From: the human T2T-CHM13v2.0 reference genome, Homo sapiens
Assembly: GCF_009914755.1 (NCBI RefSeq)
Contig: NC_060932.1
DNA: 64,000 nucleotides
Reading direction: 5' to 3' (one strand)
Shown here in pieces: positions 38,241-50,224 of this stretch (positions within the stretch are counted from its first letter, which is position 1; each line of letters starts with the position of its first letter). The notes below the pieces were generated by a model that saw only the letters and a list, made by a program, of their open reading frames with translations, did no database searches and had not been told where the DNA came from. The position numbers and the translations under genes were made by a program.

Positions 38241-41200
38241 TTTTTTTAAAAATTCATTTTACTTTAAGTTCTGGGATAACGTGCAGAACGTACAGGTTTG
38301 TTACATAGGTACACGTGTGTCATGGTGGTTTGCTGCACCTATCAACCCATCGTCTAGCTTTTAAACCCCACAAGGATTAGGTATTTGTCCTAATGCTCTC
38401 CCTCCCCTTCCCTGCAACTCCTGACAGCACCCGATGTGTGTTGTTCCCCTCCCTGTATCCATGTGTTCTTATTGTTCAACTCCCACTTATGAGGGAGAAC
38501 ATGCGGTGTTTTGTTTTCTGTTCCTGTGTTAGTTTGCTGAGGATGATGGCTTCCAGATTCATCCATGTCCCTGCAAAAGACATGATCTCATTCTTTTTTA
38601 TGGCTGCATAGTATTCCATAGTATATATGTACCACATTTTCTTTATCCAATGTATCATTGATGGGCATTTGGGTTGGGTCCATGTCTTTGCTATTGCAAA
38701 TAGTTCTGCAATAAACATATGTGTGCATGTGTCTTTATAGTAGAAAATTTATATTCCTTTGGGTATATACCCAGTAATGGGATTACTGGGTCAAATGGTA
38801 TTTCTCATTCTAGATCCTTGAGGAATCACCACTTGTCTTCCACAGTGGTTGAACTAATTTACATTCCCATCAACGGTGTAAAACCGTTCCTATTTCTCCG
38901 TGGCCTCACTAGCATCTATCATTTCTCGACTTTTAATAATCACCACTCTGACTCTCATTGTGGTTTTGATTTGCATTTCTCTAAAGACTGGTGATGATGA
39001 GCTTTTTCTCATATGTTTCTTGGCCACATAAATGTCTTCTTTTGAGAAGTGTTTGTTGATATCCTTTGCCTACTTTTTGATGGTGTTGTTTTATTCTTGT
39101 AAATTTGTTTAAGTTTTTTTGTAGATTCTGGATATTAGACCTTAGTCAGATGGATAGATTGCAAAAATTTTCTCCCATTCTGTAGGTTGTCTAGTTGACT
39201 CAGATGCTAGTTTCTTTTGCTGTGCAGAAGCTCTTTAGTTCAGTTAGATCCCATTTGCCAATTTTGGCTTTTGTTGCAGTTGCTTTTGGTGTTTCAGTCA
39301 TGAAGTCTTTGCCCATGCCTATATCCTGAACAGTGTCGCCTAGGTTTTCTTTTACGGTTTTTGTAGTTTTGGGTTTTACATTTAAGTCTTTAATCCATCT
39401 TGAGTTAATTTTTGTATAAGGTGTAAGGAAGGGGTCCAGTTTCAGTTTTCTGCATATGGCTAGCCAGTTTTCCCAGCACCATTTATTAAATAGGAAATCC
39501 TTTCCCCATTGCTTGTTTTCGTCAGGTTTGTCGAAGATCAGATGGTTGTAGATGTGTGGTGTTATTTCTAAGGTCTCTGTTCTGTTCCATTGGTCTTTAT
39601 GTCTGTTTTGATACCAGCACCATGCTGTTTTGGTTAATATAGCCTTGTAATATAGTTTGAAGTCAGGTAGCCTGATACCTCCAGCTTTGTTCTTTTTGCT
39701 TAGGATTGTCTTGGCTATATGGGCTCTTTTCTGGTTCCATATGAAATTTAAAGTAGTTTTTTCTAATTCTGTGAAGAATGTCAATGGCAGTTTGATGGGA
39801 ATAGCATTGAATCTATAAATTGCTTTGTGCAGTATGGCCATTTTCACAATATTGATTCTTCCTATCCATGAGCATGGAATGTTTTTCCATTTGTTTGTAT
39901 CCTTTCTTATTTCCTTGAGCAGTGGTTTGTAGTTATCCTTGAAGAGGTCCCTCATGTCCCTTATAAGCTATATTCCTAGGTATTTTATTCTCTTTGTAGC
40001 AATTGTGAATGGGAGTTCATTCATGATTTGGCTCTCTGCTTGTCTATTGTTGGTGTATAGGAATGCTTGTGATTTTTGCACATTGATTTTGTATCCTGAG
40101 ACTTTGCTGAAATTGCTTATCAGCTTAAGGAGTTTTGGGGCTGAGATGATGGGGTTTTCTAAATATATAATCATGTCATCTGCAAACGGAGACAATTTTA
40201 CTTCCTCTTTTCCTATTTGAATATCTTTTATTTCTTTCTCTTGCCTGATTGCCCTGGCCAGAACTTCCAATACTATGTTGAATAGGAGTGGTGAGAGTGG
40301 GTATCCTTGTCTTCTGCTGGTTTTCAAAGGGAATGCTTCCAGCTTTTGCCCATTCAGTATGATATTGGCTATGGGTTTGTCATAAACAACTCTTATTATT
40401 TTGAGATATGTTCCATCAATACCTAGTTTATTGAGAGTTTTTAACATGAAGGGATGTTGAATTTTATCGAAGGCCTTTTCTGCATCTATTGAGATAATCA
40501 TGTGGTTTTTGTCACTGGTTCTGTTTATGTGACGGATTACATTTACTGATTTGCATATGTTGAACCAGCCTTGCATCCCAGGGGTGAAGCCAACTCGATT
40601 GTGGCGGATAAGCTTTTTGATGTGCTGCTGGATTTGGTTTGTCAGTATTTTACTGAGGATTTTTGCAATGATGTTCATCAGGGATATTGGCCTGAAGTTT
40701 TCTTTTTTTTGTTGTGTCTCTGCCAGGTTTTGGTATCAGGATGACACTGTCCTCATAATATGAGTTAGGGAGAAGTCTCTCCTTTTCTATTGTTTGGAAT
40801 AGTTTTAGAAGGAATGGTACCAGCTCCTCTTTGTACCTCTGGTAGAATTCAGCTGTGAATCTATCTGGTCCTGGGCTTCTTTTAGTTTGTAGGCTATTAA
40901 TTACTGCCTTAATTTCTGAACTTGATATTAGTCTATTCAGGGATTTGACGTCTTCCTAGTTTAGTCTTGGGAGGGTGTATGTGTCCAGGAATTTATCCAT
41001 TTCTTCTAGATTTTCTAGTTTATTTGCACAGAGATGTTTATAGTATTCTCTCATGGTAACTTGTCTTTCTCTGGGGTCAGTGGTGATATCCCCTTTATCA
41101 TTTTTCATTATGTCTATTTGATTCTTCTCTATTTTTTTATTAGTCTGGCTAGTGGTCTATTTATTTTGTTAATTTTTTCCAAAAAAAAAAAAACAAAAAA

Positions 41201-41547
41201 ACAACAGCTCCTGGATTCATTGATTTTCTTGAAGGGTTTTTTGTGTCTCTATTTCTCAGTTCTGCTCTGATCTTAGTTATTTCTTGTATTCTGCTAGCTT
41301 TTGGATTTGTTTGCTCTTGCTTCTCTAGTTATTTTAATTGTGATGTTAGGGTGTTGATTTGAGATCTTTCCAGCTTTCTGACGTGGGCATTTGGTGCTAT
41401 AAATTTCCCTCTTAACACTGCTTTAGCTGCATCCCAGAGATTCTGGTACGTTGTCTCTTTGTTCTCATTGGTTTCAAATAACTTATTTATTTCTGCCTTA
41501 ATTTTGTTATTTACCTGGAGTAATTCAGGAGCAGCTTGTTCAATTTC
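38241..41547 (-). mobile_element. L1PA8-like 5'-truncated L1 (RT and C-terminal ORF2, disrupted)
   Basis: ORFs 39200-39955 and 39968-40678 are ORF2 RT ([12 protein letters not shown]); L1PA8-type 3'UTR ACCTATCAACCC...TAGGTATTTGTCCTAATGCTCTCC. Confidence 0.9.
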
Positions 41548-42683
41548 CACATTTTCATTAGGCACTTGCTGGTTGGTGGGCATTTAGTCTGTTTCCATAT
41601 TTTTGCAATTGCAAACTGTGCTGCTATAAACATGCATGTGCAAGTGTCTTTTTCACATAATGAAATCTTTCCTCTGGGTAGATACCCAGTAGTGGAATTG
41701 CTGGATCAGATGGTAGTTCTATTTTTAGTTCTTTAAGGAATCACTGTACTGTTTTCCATAGTGGTTGTACTAGTTTACATTCCCACCAGCAGCATAAAAG
41801 TGTTCCCTTTTCAACACAGCCACGTCAAGATCTATCATTTTTTCATTTTTAAATTATGGCCATTCTTGCAGGAGTAAGGTGGTATTGCATTGTGGTTTTG
41901 ATTTGCATTTCCCTGACAATTAGTGATGTTGAGCATTTTTTCATATATTTGTTGTCCATTTGTATATCTTGAGAATTGTCTATTCGTGTCCTTAGCCCAC
42001 TTTTTGATGGCATTATTATTATTATTTTTCTTGCTGATTTTTTTGAGTTCATTGTAGATTCTGGATATTAGTCCTTTGTTGGATGCATAGTTTGCAAATA
42101 CTTTCTGCCACTCTGTGGATTGTTGGTTTATTCTGCTGGTTATTTCTTTTGCTATGCAAAAGCTTTTTATTTTAATTAAGTCCCATCTATTTATCTTTGT
42201 TTTTGTTGCATTTGCTTTTGTGTCCTTGGTCATGAACTCTTTGCCTCAATCAATTTCTAAAGGAGTTTTTCCAATGTTATCTTCTAGAAATTTTATGATT
42301 TCAGGTTCATTTCTGTTTTTTAAAAATTATCTAGTTTAGGTATTTTGTTATAGCAGCCCAAGTGGACTAAGAGAGTTACCATTTACTATTACATTATTAA
42401 TGCATTTGTGCTTTTGAGATCTGTGTCTAAAGACCTGGTGGAAGTAGAGTGCTCCCTCCAAGGGCAGGGCTATGGAAATGCAGCCAATGCTTCCTCTCCA
42501 GGGCCTCTTCCCAACATTCACAATCTAATTTCAGAAATAAGCCCGAGGATAATTTGAAAAGTCCCATGAGTGTGTTGCAGGGCTGAGCATCAGGAAGCTC
42601 ACTCTCTACCTTGATGCTAGCTCTAGGACTTTGAGCAAACCATTAAACCACCAGAGGATTCTCTTTTCTCTGCTTGGACTTAC

Positions 42684-42904
42684 TTGTAGCACGTTGGAAG
42701 TAGAAAATGGATCATGATTAAAAACTACCACGTTGAAAAACTCTGCTGAAGGCTTGCCCTTGACACTTCGCTCCACATTCTCCCAGCCACAGTGACTCAT
42801 CAGAAACAGAAACTGACCCAGTGCCAAAGCCAAGGCCAGTGGAGACATCGACTGGGGGAGATCTCCTTTGTTTGCTGGCCTTGAGAGCACAGCAGCTGTG
42901 CTTT
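42684..42904 (-). pseudogene. Decayed 221-nt exon: N-terminal half of VWA repeat 1
   Basis: Strong acceptor TTCCTGTCTTTCCTAG and donor CAA|GTAAGT; KEISxVDVSTG (eroded MIDAS DxSxS), then ENVERSVKGKPSAEFFNVVVFNHD (VWA FN++xF). Confidence 0.65.
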
Positions 42905-43109
42905 CTAGGAAAGACAGGAATCAAGAATCTTAGAATCCCAGGGGTGGAAGGAACATGAGGTACCCTCAGTTCAGACCTTCATTCCAAGAAGGAAGGTGGC
43001 TGGGAAATTGCCAGCTCTTTGGATCCCTACAGTGATGAAGAGCTCCTTGCTTGTAAAAGCAGCTCATTCTATTGTTAGATGCTAAAGATTTAAAAGATTT
43101 TAAAATTTT

Positions 43110-45598
43110 GTTGTTTCATTCACTGACTCATTCGATTGCTCATTTATTGCTTCCCTTCTTTGCACCAGGCATTGCTTTAAGCACGAGAGATAAGTTGACG
43201 AGCAAAAAGGAACAAAATTAATGCCCTTATGGTTTATATTCTAGCAGAGGGACCATGTAAGAAACAGTAAGTACATAAGAATTACATGTTGGAGTGTGAT
43301 AAATGCAATGTAAGGAAAATGAGAGTATAATATTAAAAGGGGTTTCAGAGTAGGTCTCCTTGAGAAGATCGTATTTTAGCAAAGATTTGAAGGGGGCAAA
43401 GAAATGAGCCATGAATCTGACACAGGCCATGCAAAGGTCCTGAGCCTGTTATGTTCAAGAAATAGCAGAGCTGATGTAGCTAGGGCAGAGTGAACAAGGG
43501 GATGAGGAAGAGATGAGTCAGAGTAAGGTGGGGCAGGCTGTGTACTAGCTTTAGGCTGTCATAAGTATATCACTTTTACTCTGATTGAAGTGGAAAGCTA
43601 TGGGAGGGTTTTGGGCAGAGGCATGATATGATTTGATTTACTTTTTCACAGGATCCCTCTAGGTCCCTTTAAAAATTATAATACAGAAGGTAAGAGTGGG
43701 AGGAGTGTGATTAGTCAGGAAGCTATTGCAACAATCCAGGTGAGAGATGATATGACTTGGACAAAAGTGGTAGTAGTGGAAATAGCAAAAAAGCAGAATT
43801 CTGATTTAGTATTTGGAAGGTGGCACCACCAGAATTTGCTGAGTGATTGAAAGTGGGGTGTGAGAGAAGGAGAAGGGTCAGGGATACCTTCAGTATCTCT
43901 GACTTAAGCCACTGGAAGGGTGGAGTTATCTTTAAATGACATAATGAGAACTGTGGTGGAAGCTGATTTTGTTTGAGGAGGGAGTTCAAACTTGGGCCAG
44001 AATAAAATTCACTTCCCTACAATTTTTACCACTGGCAACCGCTATTCTGGGACTGTTCCCGGAGAAATTCCTACCCTTCCTTTGTGTGGCTGTCCATTAG
44101 AATTAGAGCCAGCATGCCTGTTCCCTATGAATATTTTTCTCAGTTAAAGCATCCCCAAGCTGCTCCACCTATTTCTCATTCATTCATATATTTATTCACT
44201 CATTCATTCCTACTTATAATTTTTCATTCATCCAATTTTGCATTTATTGATGCTTACTCTGTGCTAGTCACTGTAGTGGGTTCTTGAAACACCAGCTGGT
44301 CTGGGTATTTGAAGAGGGCACAGTGTGGTGGGGGAAGCTCACAGCCCTGTGCGATGCCTGCAAAGGACCAGGAAAACACATGGGGTTTGGAGGTGCCTAA
44401 CTCAGCTTGGAAACAGGGAAGAAGACAAGGAAGGTGGCGATGGTGATAGAAGAAGGCTTCCGGAATAGATGAAGTTCGAGCTGAGTCTTAAGGAAGTAGT
44501 ATGTAGAGAAGTGGGGAGCAATTGAATGTTTCAGAGCATGATGGTATGGGAGAGATGTTGGGTGCATGTGGAGGAGAGAAAGAAAAGATGCCAGAAAAAG
44601 GAGGCTAGAAACCTGGTGGGCCATGACATGAAATGTGGACTTTACCTTGACACCACTGGGAGTCAGGCATTCAGTGGAATTTAAACAAGTAATGAACGTA
44701 ATCAGATTTTCATTTTAGGAAGACTTTTGTTAGAAATGTGTGGGACGGTGGGAAAAGAATCATGAGTTCATCAAACGGAAAGTGTTTTAATAATCCAGGC
44801 AAGAAACAACTAGTGTCTGAACCTGAGCAATAGCAATGAGAATGAAGAAGAGGGATAGATTTTAGTGTGGGATGTAGAAGCCCTGGATGCAGCTTCGTGG
44901 GCAACTAGCTGGGGAGGGTAATGGTGGAGGGTAACTTAAAATAACTGATTGGCCCGGGATATCAATTGGATGGAGGTAATATTTAATGAGGGGACACAGG
45001 AATGGAACATGTTTTGGAGTTTGTAAGCGTGAGATCATGAACTCAGGTTTGGTCCTGTTGAATTTAACACATCTGTGGGACAGTCCAGTAGAAATGCCCT
45101 CAAGTCTGGGGAGCAAAGAGGCCTGGGATGAAGACAAAGAATTGGGAGCTGCTGGAATCTCCAAAACCTTTCTTATTAGTGAAATCACCCAGGGAAATGA
45201 GAAGCATAGAGGGTTAAAGGCAGAACCCTGAGCAACGCCACCATATAAGAGGCAGACCAAAGAGGAAAAGGCTGCAAGAGAAACCAAGAAGGAAAGAAGA
45301 GGGCAACCATGAAGAAGCTGTGTTCTTAAAGCAATGTAGAAAAGAGGATCAAGAAGAGTGGAAAATATTTATAAAGATGTAAGGTGAAGATATTAAAATA
45401 AAACCTTTGAGTGAGGAGGTCATTAGGTACTTTGACACAAACCACAGCAATGGGAAGTTGGGGAAAGAAGGTAGATTGAGATGGGTTGAGGAGCAAAGAA
45501 TGGGTGAGGATGTGAGTTAACCAAGCATCCATGACTTTTCCTAGGACGTTGACTTTGAAAAGATGAGAAAGGATTTAGGATAGTGATGAGAGAGTGGT
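43110..45598 (+). mobile_element. L2 fragments
   Basis: TTCATTCACTGACTCATTC start; GGAAGCTATTGCAACAATCCAGGTGAGAGATGA and similar L2 motifs. Confidence 0.75.
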
Positions 45599-46143
45599 TG
45601 TATTAGTTTTCTATTGCTGTGCAACAAATTACCTCACATTTAGTGGCTTAAAACAGCCCATATTTATTATCTCACAGTTTCTGTGGATCGGGAGTCCTGG
45701 TATAGTTTAGCCTGGTCCTCTGGTCAGAATCTCTCAAGGCTGCATTCAGATGTCGGCTGGACTGAATTCCTTTCTAGAGCTTGGGGTTCTCTTACAATGT
45801 CATGTAACTGTTGGCAGAATATAGTTACTTGTGTTTGTAGGACTGAGGTCCCTGCCTTTGATTGGCTGTCAGCCTGGAGCTAATTTCAGGTCCTGGAAGC
45901 CACTAGGGTTTTTGGCCACATGGTCCTCCCCCAACATGGAAGCCCACTTCTTCAAGGCCAGAGGGGAGCCTCTGCTAAGATGAAGGCTTATATAACCTAA
46001 TATAGCCACAGGTGTGACTATTCCATCACTTTTGCCGTATTTTATTGGCCAGAAGCAAGTCACAGGTTCCACCTCTCCTCAAGGAAAGGGCATTATAGAA
46101 AGACATGATTTGTTGAGGGTCACCTTAGTGTGTGTCTGCCACA
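45599..46143 (-). mobile_element. MLT1 (E/F-like) solo LTR
   Basis: TGTATTAGTTTTCTATTGCTGTGCAACAAATTACC...GTCTGCCACA. Confidence 0.85.
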
Positions 46144-46381
46144 GAGATCCATAATTAGGAGATTTTGATTTTAATTTTTAATAGGAATGACTTGTACGTT
46201 ATATGTCAAAACAGAGTCTATTGGGTAGTTAACTCCAGAGTTTGATTATTTTAATCTTAGAGGGGCTAAATCACTACCAAGGTAGAAGCCATAGACATGT
46301 TCAGAACCAGTAAGAACTGAGCTTGATGGCCAAGCAGATGAAAATGGTGACTTGAACAATTTTCTCAAATGGTGTTTGGAC

Positions 46382-46843
46382 TGTATCAGTTATGTGCTGC
46401 TGCATAACAAAGTCCCTCAAATGTTGTGACTTAAAATAGCCAGAAATGACTATTGCCTGTGGGTCTGTGCTGCAGTTTGATAGTTCTAGTTTCAGCAGGG
46501 CTTCCTCATGTCTGTAATTAGCTAAGGTTAGTAGGCAACTCGCCTTCTGGGGGTTGGCTCCTCTGTTCTCCATGTGGTCTCCATTCTATAGCTGGCCAGC
46601 TTGGGTTTGGTTGCAGAGCAGTCACAGGTTTCCAAGAGGGAGGGTGAAGGTGTGCAAGGGCTCTTGGGGCCTAGAATTAGAACTGGCAGCACACTGCTTT
46701 CACTAAATGTTGTTGGCCTAAGCAAGTTACAAGGCCAGCTCAGATAAAATGCATGGTGAAAGAGAGCTGTAAAGTGACGTTAAAAAGTGCATAGATACAG
46801 AGAGTAGTGAAGAATTGTGGCAACTACTTTTGCAGTTGACAAC
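46382..46843 (-). mobile_element. MLT1 (older subfamily) solo LTR
   Basis: TGTATCAGTTATGTGCTGCTGCATAACAAA...GCAAGTTACAAGGCCAGCTCAGAT. Confidence 0.75.
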
Positions 46844-46889
46844 AATGACTCATGCACATGTGCAAGGTTGAGGCTGACCAAGTACAAGT

Positions 46890-47452
46890 TGTTAAATTAA
46901 ACTAAATTTGGCCTAAGGATGCCCATGTACATTGAGTCCCTACTGAAGCCTAACTTAGTACATAAACTAAAAGCCTAACTTAGGAGTATACTTTTGTAAC
47001 ATCAGCTGAGTCTCAGCCAGTCACAACAGCCATGCTTCAGTCAATCACAAGCAGCCACTGTGTTCAAATAAGGCAAATGCTGAGCTGCAACCAATCAGCT
47101 ATTTCTGTACCTCACTTACATTTCCTGTCCATAAATGCAGCCACATTACTGAATGGAGCTCTCTGAACCTTTTCTGGTTCTGAGGGCTGCCCAATTATTG
47201 AATCTTTCTTTGTTCAATTAAACTTGTTAATTTTTTTCTTTTCTTTTCTTTTCTTTTCTTTTTTTTTTGTGAGACAGGATCTCATTCTATTGCCCAGGCT
47301 GGAGTGCAGCAGCATGATCATAACCCACTATAATCTCAAACTCCTGGCTTCAAGCAATCCACCAGCCTTGGCCTTCCAAAGCACTGGGATTACAAGTGTG
47401 AGCTACTGTGCCTGGCCTGTCAAATTTAATTCGTCTAAAGTTTTCTTTAAAC
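46890..47452 (+). mobile_element. MER57B-like ERV1 LTR containing an antisense FLAM/AluJ fragment (~47232-47417)
   Basis: TGTTAAATTAAACTAAATTTGGCCTAAGGATGCC...AAAGTTTTCTTTAAACA. Confidence 0.75.
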
Positions 47453-47525
47453 AATGAAACATGGAGCAAGAGGAAAGTTAGATAATTGAAAGAATTAAGG
47501 TTATTCAATGCTATTAAATTAAAAT

Positions 47526-47815
47526 TGGTCAGGCGTGGTGGCTCACTCCTGTAATACCAACAGTTTGGGAGGCTGAGGTGGGTGGATTGCTTGAGTGCAG
47601 GAGTAGGAAAAGAGTCTGGGTAACATGGTGAAACCCCATCTCTACAAAAAATACAAAAATCAGCCAGGTGTGATGGCATGCCCTGCAGTCGAAGTTCCTT
47701 GAGAGGCTGAGGTGGGAGGATCACCTGAGCCTGGGGAGGTTGAGGCTGCAGTAAGCAGTGGTCATGCCACTGCACTTCAGCCTGGGTGAAAGAGTAAGAC
47801 TCTATCTCTAAAAAC
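47526..47815 (+). mobile_element. AluJ
   Basis: Diverged dimeric Alu. Confidence 0.9.
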
Positions 47816-50224
47816 AGAAATTAAAGTTTTTAATTTACTGAAAGCATTTTCATGCCTCTGTGGTCTTCTCTAGACCCTGGGTACCGATCTGGGAAGGACA
47901 GTGCAACATAGAGGCAGGTTTCACACACCCACACTAGCATGAAAGTCTTTATGAGAAGCACTTATGAGGAGGTTAGTCTTCGGGGCATAGATGTGTATCA
48001 AAGTCCGGAAATTAGTGCAGGCTGATGGGGAGCTGAGAAAATCATTTAAATAGCAAGTTGGGATGGACAAGTAGAGGAGAAAATCCAGAGATTCAAACTC
48101 AGGGTTGGAAAATGTATGATTAGTTAAGACGACAGCCTATTTGAATAGGTTAAAGACTAGACTTTTGTAAACAGCAATTCATTTGCATACTGTTTTTCCT
48201 ATATGTGGCTTATAGCATTTTGCTGAGCTGGGGGAACCTGATAAGATTCCAGTATGATCCTGGATAATAAATTGGTTATGAATTGGTGAGACATGTCAGT
48301 TCTTTGGAAAAGTGTATTAAGTTCTTAATATAGTACCTGACTTTCAACAAATGATAGCCATTATGTGATTCTTGCTATTCTTAGTTTAACTACAATTCTA
48401 CATATTGGATGTTTTTGGTTTTAATCTCTTTCCTCACCAAGATGCTCCATCCGCATGAGAAGTGCTGTCAGTCAGGTGAGTGGGCACCCAGCTTGAGGAA
48501 ACAGCTGGGAGGGGGTGGATTGGAGGTGGTGGAGTAAATTGCTATCTGTATCCTTCCTAAAAATGGCTCTCATGGGGGAAAATTACTAATCACTGCCATT
48601 ATTCTGCATCTGGTGTTAATTATTCCAGGTACAGGACACTATAAATGGAATGTTAAGTTCTTAATTTAGGGTGTTTTGGGGTGGAGGAATTGTTCATTTT
48701 ATTAGTCACTATTCAAGGCATTAAAAAGAACAAGAAGTTTTGATGTTAAAGAAAGTAGCTAAGTCAGAAAGGTTACGAGACTTTTCTTTTGAGTGCTGGT
48801 AGCTTTCTATTAAAAAATACCTGAGTCCTTGCCTGATTTATAGGTGTTTGGCATACTCTAATATGAAAAGAGGGCAGCATCAGATGAATGGGTGTAAGTT
48901 CCAGGGATAACTTTCACTCTCACCTGGACAATTGCAGTAACCTTCTGACTGGTCTCCTGCTTTCACTTCCCTCCTCTTCAATCCATTCTCCACATGGATT
49001 GTGGAGCCAGAGTGATTCTCTTAAAATCACATGTCATCGCTTACCTCAGCAAAAGCAGGTTCCCGTTACAGTGGGTAAAATCACATTCATTGCTTAAGAC
49101 TTCAGGGCATTGTCTGCTTATACCTGTATCTTTAAATGTATTATCATTTGCTTGTCTCTTCTTTGTTTACCAAGCTCCAGGCACCATGGTGTCTTTTTAG
49201 CTCCTGCAACAAGATAATCTTATTCCTGCATCTGCAATGTTCCATCTCATAACTAGCTCCCTGTCCTTTATGTCTCAGTGTAAATCCTTTCTCTAAAGAG
49301 ATTTTCCTTGATCACTGTTTTAAAAGTAGAACCTCTTATTACTTTAAATATCACTTACCAGTAGTTTTTCTACTAAATAATTATCAATGATCTCAATAGA
49401 TACTTGTTTTATTCATTAAAAGATATAATACCTCTCTATCCCACTAGACTATAAGGTCCAACTTAGAAGAAATCCTGTTTGTCTTGTTATTGCCTAGCAA
49501 CAGAGACTCTAGAGCCAAATCCTAGTTCAAATCCCAGTACTGTAAAATCCCAGTACTGTTAGTTACTAGCTGTGTACTCAATCTTGGGGCAAGCTGATAC
49601 ATAACCACGCTGTTCTTTGATTTCCTCATCTGTAAAATGGGGAATAATAGAACGTGGCCTGGTTCTCTCAATTGATATTTGTTGAAAAAATAAATAAAGA
49701 AAAAAGAAACGGAAAAGTATTTATTTTAAAGTAGTTTAAACATAGGTAGGTGATGATTAGGCTTCAGAAAAAAAGGCTTTTATGTTATAGAACTGCTCCA
49801 ATTTCCTAGACATAAAACTAGAGGAATCTAAAAGTGTTGAGTCATATCACTCACTGGCTGACACACATAATAGAGATATTATATATTTCAAGCATATATG
49901 AACAACATAGTTGTATGGATTATTTATTTGTTCATTTATTTATCCACTTAGAAAACTTGATTCCTCTTTATATGCTGGACAATGTGCAACCATTAAATAA
50001 ATATAATCCTTGTTCTAGAAGAGTTGACAATCTAACTGAAAAGAAAGAGAAATGGATACTAGAGGATGAATGCTGAAATAGATGTCTGAACAAAGGGTTG
50101 CTAGAACAAAGGATGGAGGGATTAACCCTGATATCTATAAGAAGTACCCATGAAACACTACACATCCAGGGATCATTTCTATAGTTCAATACTAGAGAAG
50201 TTTCTCTGAACATGTAGACCACTG

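Larger units (their letters stand above)
37033..42307 (-). mobile_element. L1PB-like element (37033-37418 and 41548-42307) interrupted by an L1PA insertion with transduction
   Basis: L1PB 3'UTR continues across duplicated CACATTTTC; ORF2 C-terminus at 41835-42233. Confidence 0.85.
36716..42372 (+). mobile_element. MLT1A/MSTD-like LTR split by a nested L1 cluster (halves 36716-37032 and ~42308-42372)
   Basis: TGGCTATGGTCTGAATGTTTGTG...CATTTCT | CATTTCTG...TATAGCAGCCCAAGTGGACTAAGA. Confidence 0.8.

Noticed and set aside
39200-40678. Longest ORFs (251 and 236 aa) as host genes
   Set aside because: They are fragments of L1 ORF2 in a 5'-truncated, disrupted L1PA.
48442-48475. Plus-strand 34-nt micro-exon (CCAAG|ATG...CAG|GTGAGT)
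   Set aside because: Isolated, with no partner plus-strand exons or recognisable product; it may be chance or a lncRNA exon.
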